15,966 nucleotides of DNA from Silvanigrellaceae bacterium. GTDB taxonomy: Bacteria > Bdellovibrionota_B > Oligoflexia > Silvanigrellales > Silvanigrellaceae. Shown in pieces: positions 8,782 to 14,695 of the stretch (position 1 is the first letter of the stretch; each line of letters opens with the position of its first letter). The notes beneath the pieces are model-generated. The model did no database searches. It saw only the letters and a list, made by a program, of their open reading frames with translations, and was not told the origin of the DNA. The stretch is taken from positions 1 to 15,966 of the forward strand of contig JBMSQQ010000080.1 of NCBI GenBank assembly GCA_049423385.1, in the 5' to 3' direction. The translations under genes and the position numbers were made by a program.

Positions 8782-9339
8782 TTACAACGGATTCACCAAA
8801 TCGACCGGTACAATTGCAGGACGAACCTCGACCGAGAAAACCTTTTTGTTGGCTTCCTCAACAACCGAAGCGAGTTCGGAAATTTCCTTGAATGTGAGCC
8901 TGGAGTTGCGCCTCGTCGATTCTGCAAAGGCGACAATATCAACCGCTGAACTTGAATTTTTTTTCAACCAGCTCTCAACATCCTGGGTCAACTGGCCTGG
9001 TCTCAGGTCAACAACGTTTTTTACAATCAGACGCCCCGCAGACTGAGGCGCTGCGATTTCAGAAATCGGACCCAAGACGACTCCTTTGGCCCCCCAATAA
9101 AAGGCCAATGTATCTTTTCCAAGCTTCAAAGCATTGCCGTCGGCACTGCGAGGCATGCTCGGATAGCTGAAAACCAGCATGCCCGCGGAACGTGGGTGCA
9201 TCAGCAGAATCTGGGATCCAGCCAACGCAGCTCCAATGGCCGTCATCACCGCGAGAATGCCTGACCACGCGCCCCAGGCGAGATCAAATGATCTCTTCCT
9301 CGTCTGGAACGGGATCCGACCGTTCTGCGCTTGCCACAT
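8782..9339 (-). CDS. Second, highly diverged ExbD/TolR (AglQ/AglS-like) protein; start reassigned to 9339
   Basis: 185 aa from the ATG at 9339, preceded by GGAGGT at 7 nt. Basic RKR, then TM (DLAWGAWSGILAVMTAIGAALAG); weak ExbD-like C-terminus (IVAFA...LTFKEISELASVVEEA). Position between exbB-like and exbD-like genes supports the call. Confidence 0.58.
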   Translation of the reverse strand: MWQAQNGRIPFQTRKRSFDLAWGAWSGILAVMTAIGAALAGSQILLMHPRSAGMLVFSYPSMPRSADGNALKLGKDTLAFYWGAKGVVLGPISEIAAPQSAGRLIVKNVVDLRPGQLTQDVESWLKKNSSSAVDIVAFAESTRRNSRLTFKEISELASVVEEANKKVFSVEVRPAIVPVDLVNPL

Positions 9340-10078
9340 CCTGATAACCTCCCTTGCCATTTCCACCAGCATCAGCCGTCTCGTGACTTGTTTCCGTTTG
9401 CATTTCTCCCACACTTGGCTGAGATGCAGCCACGGGCTGAGCGAAGACTGGTTGCATTTCGGGTGCCAATAGATTCAACACAACGGTCAGACTGTGCTCC
9501 ACCTCGCCCTCAAGGCGACTGGCCATGGCATCAAGAACTCCGTATGGAATCATCAAAAAGACCGATGCTGCGAGGCCAAGGGCAATCGGTGTGAGTGCCT
9601 GACTCAACCCACGGCTGAACGCAAAACTCTTGAGACCCATTTCAAGGCCATCAACCATCTGAAAGCTTTGCCATACGCCATTGACAGCAGCCAACGCACC
9701 CAGAAGAACAGCAACAGCTGCAAGGTTTGGAAGCTGTGAAATTCGTCTGCGGATTCGTGGCATGAAAGCCAGCGTTTCCTCTGAGACCACCATCCGCACC
9801 CGAAAATTTTCATTTTCATAAGCTTCAATCGCCTTCGCAGCGATCACCGGAAGGCCTGTGTTTCCGGAAGCCGCACAGTATTGGCGAGCGCGATCGAGAT
9901 CGCCCGCCGACAGCATGCGCCGCAATGTTGAGTTGAACTTTCCGAAATTCAATCGATAGGTCAATTGCAAGACAATAAACCGTTCGAAAACAATCACCCA
10001 TCCAACCGCAAAGATCGCCAGAATGATGTAGGGAATCGGTTCACGTGAACGAAAGAGCTCAAACATTTCCTGAATCAT
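9284..10078 (-). CDS. MotA/TolQ/ExbB family protein (AglR-like) with channel residues substituted
   Basis: 264 aa, three TMs. FER motif after TM1, PRIRRRISQL before TM2, LLGALAAVNGVWQSF and GLSQALTPIALGL align without gaps to ExbB TM2/TM3. Disordered acidic tail. ATGA overlap with the upstream gene. Confidence 0.85.
   Translation of the reverse strand: MIQEMFELFRSREPIPYIILAIFAVGWVIVFERFIVLQLTYRLNFGKFNSTLRRMLSAGDLDRARQYCAASGNTGLPVIAAKAIEAYENENFRVRMVVSEETLAFMPRIRRRISQLPNLAAVAVLLGALAAVNGVWQSFQMVDGLEMGLKSFAFSRGLSQALTPIALGLAASVFLMIPYGVLDAMASRLEGEVEHSLTVVLNLLAPEMQPVFAQPVAASQPSVGEMQTETSHETADAGGNGKGGYQDVASAERSDPVPDEEEII
9347..9352 (-). promoter_or_regulatory. Strong Shine-Dalgarno GGAGGT embedded in the 3' end of the exbB-like gene
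   Basis: Minus strand reads AAGGGAGGT-TATCAGG-ATG(9339). Confidence 0.7.
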
Positions 10079-10422
10079 TGCCCATCTCCAGCAGAATTCT
10101 TGTTCGCATTTTCAGGTTTGTTTTCCAGACCGGCATCCCCGCGAGCAGTCGAGCCGAAAGGCATTGCTTCCGGCGGAAGCAAAAACAAATCAGCATTTCC
10201 CAAGAGCGAAACCAGATCGTCCGAGGGCGTGCGTCTTGGTTTGACCGTAAAAATCTCCGGAGAAGTTTCAACCGGAAGTGGAACATCGGACAGCAAAGGT
10301 ACCGACTGATCACCACGAATGATCAACTCGTCATCTGCCCGTGTGATCCCCGGAGTCAGGATCAGCAACCCCACCGACAAAAGTGCCAAACTAAATTTTT
10401 GCAAAAAAACGTTCATAGTCAC
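10075..10422 (-). CDS. Small secreted hypothetical protein (possible GltF/CglF analogue); alternative ATG start at 10416
   Basis: Signal peptide MNVFLQKFSLALLSVGLLILTPGITRA, then DDELIIRGD and a Pro-rich low-complexity body. Stop overlaps the exbB-like start (ATGA, 10075-10078). Confidence 0.7.
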   Translation of the reverse strand: MTMNVFLQKFSLALLSVGLLILTPGITRADDELIIRGDQSVPLLSDVPLPVETSPEIFTVKPRRTPSDDLVSLLGNADLFLLPPEAMPFGSTARGDAGLENKPENANKNSAGDGQ

Positions 10423-10479
10423 AACCCTGCCACCCTCAAGGTAACAGATTCGAATTGCGGCAATTACTGCACTTTTTAC

Positions 10480-11754
10480 CTATTCTTGCTGTTGCATTTG
10501 AAGAAAGTGAAAGGAAGGGGAGAAACCGCGCAGCTGACTGTCGAGCAACACCCGGTGGGCACAGATTTCCGCGATGTCAGAATATCGGTCCAGTGCACCT
10601 TTGAGAACCTTTTCCCTGCTTTGAACAAGGTCGACCTGGCGTTCGATATGGTCAAGCCTCGATTGCTCGAGTGCGGCAATCAACAAACTTCCCGAACCGG
10701 CATAGAAATCGAGACAACGCTGGGGACGCGCCTTATCCAAAGGTGGAACCATGGAAAGAAGCCGACTCAGCAATCCCACAGGCTTCGGAAAATCAAACAC
10801 CCGAACATCACCAAACACTGCACGCAATTCGTCTTGGCCATCCTCGTTCGTGGGCCAACCGCTTCCATCATCTTCGGCATGACGGCGCTTTTGCTCATGC
10901 GCGAGAACGCGTCTTCGCAATCCGAATTGCCGGGTGATGTATCCCGTCTCTTCCCAGACTTTCTGTTGAATGCGAAATGGCCCGCGCACACGTGCAGCGG
11001 TCTGGACGAGTCCATCCGCAATCACGAGCGGATCAAGCAATTCAAAAGTCAACGACCGGTTTGTGTAAGCGCCTGGTGGATAAATCCCATCGGAACACAA
11101 GGCCGGAAAATGCGCCGGAAAATGCCTTTCAACAATCTTGTTGGTGGCGTTCAACACGGGCCGGGTCGACTCTTCGGTGGGATCACCCAGCAACTTTGGG
11201 CAGGCCCGTGCGTTTCGACTGAAAACCAAAACATACTCAAAAAGGGAACTCATGTGCTTGTCGAGAAAACTCGGCTTGCGCTTGCGTCGCCACTTGATGG
11301 TTCCCAGGTGATTCTCATGACCAAAGATTTCCCGCATCAGCGTCAACAAATGACAAGATTCATTGTCATCGATACTGACAAACATGACGCCATGGTCATG
11401 TAGCAAATCTCTTGCGAGCAACAGGCGGGGATAAATTTCATTCAGCCAGGCTACGGAGCCACCACCACTGCTTGAATCCCTCAGCGTTTTTTTGTCGCTG
11501 TAGGTCAGGTGACTGCCCGTGTTGTAGGGCGGGTCAATATAAATGACGTCGTATTTTTCTTGACCCTTGCGCAGCCATTGAAGCACGTCGAGGTTGTCGC
11601 CCGCATAAACCCGGTGGGAAACCGAATGAATCTCCTGCGGATTGGCCGTGTTCAAGCCACACGCGGGTCGCCACTCGCAAGGCTCTGCGAACCTTTCCAC
11701 AGGCGTGGCGCGAATCGCTGCGTCGACTTTTCCAGGCCAGACAAGCTCAAGCAC
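10480..11754 (-). CDS. Site-specific amino (likely N6-adenine) DNA methyltransferase, beta class, Type III Mod-like; no adjacent Res gene
   Basis: 424 aa. LVWPGK, GDNLDVL, catalytic IYIDPPYNTG, PRLLLARDLL..HGVMFVSIDDNE, FDFPKPVGLL and SAM-binding LDFYAGSGS, with motif IV before motif I. Confidence 0.92.
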   Translation of the reverse strand: MLELVWPGKVDAAIRATPVERFAEPCEWRPACGLNTANPQEIHSVSHRVYAGDNLDVLQWLRKGQEKYDVIYIDPPYNTGSHLTYSDKKTLRDSSSGGGSVAWLNEIYPRLLLARDLLHDHGVMFVSIDDNESCHLLTLMREIFGHENHLGTIKWRRKRKPSFLDKHMSSLFEYVLVFSRNARACPKLLGDPTEESTRPVLNATNKIVERHFPAHFPALCSDGIYPPGAYTNRSLTFELLDPLVIADGLVQTAARVRGPFRIQQKVWEETGYITRQFGLRRRVLAHEQKRRHAEDDGSGWPTNEDGQDELRAVFGDVRVFDFPKPVGLLSRLLSMVPPLDKARPQRCLDFYAGSGSLLIAALEQSRLDHIERQVDLVQSREKVLKGALDRYSDIAEICAHRVLLDSQLRGFSPSFHFLQMQQQE

Positions 11755-11762
11755 AACAGCTG

Positions 11763-12041
11763 TTATTCCTCGTCGTCGAAGTCGGCATCCGACTCCACTT
11801 CATCCCAATTGAAGCCATTGGCGGCAATCACGATCTCGTAATAAGTGTTGTTGCGCTTCACCAGGTCGCCCGTGAAGAAGCAATCTTGACCATCAACAGT
11901 CAAAACGTTCGGCACTTCTTCATCCTCGTTGTCGACATCGTAGCCAGCTTCGCGATAAATCGATACAACTGTTTCGACGTCCACAAGGTAGTATTGTCCG
12001 TTGCCAAAAGCGCGCTCAGCGATTGATGCAGGTGTCGTCAT
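11763..12041 (-). CDS. Small highly acidic hypothetical protein (92 aa)
   Basis: ATG at 12041 with GAGG 9 nt upstream. Hand count 23 D/E against 4 K/R. Stop lies 8 nt before the MTase start. Confidence 0.8.
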   Translation of the reverse strand: MTTPASIAERAFGNGQYYLVDVETVVSIYREAGYDVDNEDEEVPNVLTVDGQDCFFTGDLVKRNNTYYEIVIAANGFNWDEVESDADFDDEE

Positions 12042-12807
12042 GTTCGGTTTCCTCGATTTGGGGCGAAAATCATCGCCCGTGTGGCTTAGCCCAGAACCAT
12101 TCGGTGAACAAGATCTCCAGACGGCAACCCGGCAAAAGGGTGAACTCCGAAAGATCTTGCTCGAGGCACGCGAAAAACTCAAGCAACACGCCCTCTTGCA
12201 CAATCTTCCCTGGGGGCTCGAACACATCCGCCAAATCGCCACCTATTTGAAACATTGTGGTCTGTGCCCCTCCAACGACCACCTTTCACTCCATCGTGGC
12301 GACATTGCCGGATATTGGCCTATCGGTTCCGAGCTTGGGCTTTTGCCCGAATCACAACAGTCCAATGGCCGCGCAACGGGTGTGGACAAAACCAAGTGGT
12401 GGCTGCCGGGAATTCGACAGGACAAGCAGATGGACTGGTTCGAGTTGTGCGACGAGACGCAATCGTGGCCGAAGGACAAGCGCGGACTGCCGATTCCTCC
12501 GGAATCGGTTTTCAAAGGCCTTTTTCCCTCGAAACCCGACGTTCCCTGGCTCGTTTTGACTCCGTGTCTCGCTGCCGATCGCGCTGGTGTTCGACTCGGC
12601 TACGGGGGCGGATTTTACGACAGGTTCCTCCAAAAAAATAATGACAATTGCCTCTCCGTGGCATGTGTTCCGGCAAGCCTTTTTTTTGAAAAGGGCAAAC
12701 TTCCAGCGGATGACCATGACTTTCCAGTCGACATGGTCGTCACCGAAAATCAGGTTTGGGTGCGCGACGAACATGCGCTTGAATTCAAGCTGAAAAAATT
12801 TTCTTAA
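12040..12807 (+). CDS. ygfA: 5-formyltetrahydrofolate cyclo-ligase; start uncertain (ATG 12040 or GTG 12079)
   Basis: Motifs KGELRKILLEAR, YWPIGSE, GLPIP, TPCLAADRAGVRLGYGGGFYDRFL and PADDHDFPVDMVVTE. Confidence 0.88.
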   Translation: MFGFLDLGRKSSPVWLSPEPFGEQDLQTATRQKGELRKILLEAREKLKQHALLHNLPWGLEHIRQIATYLKHCGLCPSNDHLSLHRGDIAGYWPIGSELGLLPESQQSNGRATGVDKTKWWLPGIRQDKQMDWFELCDETQSWPKDKRGLPIPPESVFKGLFPSKPDVPWLVLTPCLAADRAGVRLGYGGGFYDRFLQKNNDNCLSVACVPASLFFEKGKLPADDHDFPVDMVVTENQVWVRDEHALEFKLKKFS

Positions 12808-13742
12808 CTGCTGAACAGAGATCGTGGATACAACTGGCAAGAATCAATCAAATCGCACACGCCGTCAGCCGCCTCTGTGAGTGGTCTGACCATGCAAAGT
12901 GCTTGTTGGTGAGTCTCGCTCAAGTCATTTTTCAACCCGGAGCTCCATGCTCCCGGAGCAACCTGCAATTCAACCGACCTCTCGGCTGCATGAGCAGTGA
13001 AACAACTCCACATCCGCTTCAGGGTTGAATCGTCTTTCGCAAAAAAAGAATGGACAACACCGGAGAAATCGACACCCTTTCCAATAAAGGCTCCAGCGGT
13101 CCACTCACCCTGCGCAGTTTCAAATCCGCAAACCAACATGTCGGGGATTTTCAGAACCATCTCCAATTTGCCGAGTGATGCATGGCTTTCGCAGGGCTTC
13201 CTGAAGCGCTCGAGTGCTTGCCAAATATGCTTTGCTTGACCTGCGGACAGCTCAGAAGTTTTTGTTGGCGCGATAAATCGCTCGCCAGAAGAACCAGAAA
13301 CATGGCCCGCGCGGTGGGAATAGAGTTTCTCCCTGCCAGCAGCCTTGAAACCGAGCGACCCGTAGAATTCATGTTGATCGGAAAACAAATATGCAAAATC
13401 GTGGCACTTGTCCGCCTGCAATTTTGCGAGAACGTTTCGCAGCAAAGCTTTTCCAAATCCCTGCCTTTGCCGGTCGGGGGCGACCGCCACGCTGCCGATG
13501 CAGGCGCCCCTCAGGAATCGCGGACTCGACCAGATTTCGGTATCAACAGTGCACGCAGCAACAATTGAATTGTTCTTGTCGCAGGCCACCAAAATTTGGG
13601 CAGACGAATTTGCAGTGAAGATGTGTGGAAAGCTGAGCGTATATTTTTCAACCGCAAAAGCTGCATCAAGAAGTTTCGAAAGGCGCCGATCGTCCCGCGA
13701 TTCCTGCCACTCGAAAAACCGAATGGATTGGTCGCCACTCAT
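12804..13742 (-). CDS. GNAT family N-acetyltransferase
   Basis: 312 aa. Acetyl-CoA motif A IGSVAVAPDRQRQGFGKALL and FYGSLGF. ATGA overlap with the psd stop. Confidence 0.85.
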   Translation of the reverse strand: MSGDQSIRFFEWQESRDDRRLSKLLDAAFAVEKYTLSFPHIFTANSSAQILVACDKNNSIVAACTVDTEIWSSPRFLRGACIGSVAVAPDRQRQGFGKALLRNVLAKLQADKCHDFAYLFSDQHEFYGSLGFKAAGREKLYSHRAGHVSGSSGERFIAPTKTSELSAGQAKHIWQALERFRKPCESHASLGKLEMVLKIPDMLVCGFETAQGEWTAGAFIGKGVDFSGVVHSFFAKDDSTLKRMWSCFTAHAAERSVELQVAPGAWSSGLKNDLSETHQQALCMVRPLTEAADGVCDLIDSCQLYPRSLFSS

Positions 13743-14692
13743 TTTTGTGATTCCGCGATATGGTCGCCCATCCGCACCAGCGTCTCCAGTCCGCGCGCCG
13801 AGTTTTCAACAAGATCGTCATCAAATTTGATTTTGTTCTTTTCAAAAAACAAAACGCAGGTGCTGCCGCCAAACTTGAAGTATCCCTTTTCATCGCCGCG
13901 CTGCACTTGAGTCCCGGCACGATAGGTTTGAACAATCGAGCCAACAAACATCGCACCGATTTCCATCATCATGACGGAACCAATGTCATTGTTCTTGAGT
14001 TCACAAATTGTTCTCTTGTTGAGGCAATAGACCGGGAGCCCCTGTTCCAATGCATACGGGCTGACACTGTGAAGCAATCCCGGAACAGTTTTGGTGATCC
14101 CGACCTTGCCCGAAACCGGGAAATGAAAGCGGTGATAGTCCGAAGGACAAAGTCTCAAGACCATGCAAGCCCCATCCCGATATTTGCTCGCAAGCTCTTC
14201 GCTCTTGTTGAAAAGATCGAAGAGTTGAATGGGCGCCCACTTGACGTAGGACAGCGTCGTGTCGTTGATTGCAGGAAACACCAAAAGTCGACCGTCACCA
14301 GGAGATGCGATCGCACTTTCACCCTGTGCAACTTCCCGTGCACCAGCGCGCAACTTGCGCGCAAAAAAATCATTGAAGCTGACGTACTCGACCAAATCCT
14401 TGCTGCATTCACCGACATCGATTTCAAGTGCTTTCACAAAATCTTCAATCTTGTGTTTGCTGGCAGCGGAGTCATTGTAGGCGCCGTAAATATTGCTGAG
14501 GACGCGATTGGTCAAAATCCGGCTGGTCACAGCCAGGCCCATGGGATGGCCATAAAACACCTTCATCACATCGTCGCCGTAAACCTTTTCCACGAAGGTT
14601 TGACCACTTCTGCGGTCGACGACCTGGATTTGTTTTGATTCAACTCCCAGGATCTTGGACACCGGAAATTGCCATTCACCCAACTTTGCCAA
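13739..14692 (-). CDS. psd: Phosphatidylserine decarboxylase proenzyme
   Basis: 317 aa. SFNDFFARKL, SPGDG, RLCPSDYHRFHFP, NKR, EIGA..VGSI, and self-cleavage motif GYFKFGGST. GGAGG upstream of the TTG start. Confidence 0.93.
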   Translation of the reverse strand: MAKLGEWQFPVSKILGVESKQIQVVDRRSGQTFVEKVYGDDVMKVFYGHPMGLAVTSRILTNRVLSNIYGAYNDSAASKHKIEDFVKALEIDVGECSKDLVEYVSFNDFFARKLRAGAREVAQGESAIASPGDGRLLVFPAINDTTLSYVKWAPIQLFDLFNKSEELASKYRDGACMVLRLCPSDYHRFHFPVSGKVGITKTVPGLLHSVSPYALEQGLPVYCLNKRTICELKNNDIGSVMMMEIGAMFVGSIVQTYRAGTQVQRGDEKGYFKFGGSTCVLFFEKNKIKFDDDLVENSARGLETLVRMGDHIAESQK

Positions 14693-14695
14693 CTC

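Noticed and set aside
9340..9414. Track start at 9414 for the second ExbD-like gene
   Set aside because: Would give a 131-nt overlap; the ATG at 9339 has a much better SD.
10423..10479. Possible extended -10 promoter (TGtTACCTT, minus strand) ahead of the motor operon
   Set aside because: Weak match with no properly spaced -35; not supportable without TSS data.
10045..11403. 452-aa plus-strand ORF
   Set aside because: Antisense to the MTase and the secreted protein; no motifs, consistent with a codon-bias shadow frame.
11487..11493. A7 tract in the Mod-like gene as a phase-variation switch
   Set aside because: Short, in frame, and similar 7-nt A/T runs occur elsewhere in the window; no tandem simple-sequence repeat was seen.
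8211..11754. Zorya-like anti-phage system (MotAB-like pair near a DNA methyltransferase)
   Set aside because: No long ZorA tail, no OmpA-like ZorB domain, no ZorC/D/E; the architecture matches Agl/Glt or Ton instead.
12042..12242. N-terminal extension of the acidic protein ORF (track start 12242)
   Set aside because: Overlaps conserved ygfA coding sequence, has a very different composition, and the ATG at 12041 has its own SD.
2190..13742. HDAC, GNAT, MTase and folate enzymes as a single 'epigenetic' module
   Set aside because: Genes lie in different transcription units up to about 10 kb apart, with no sequence evidence of co-regulation.
13760..14638. 292-aa plus-strand ORF
   Set aside because: Antisense shadow of psd.
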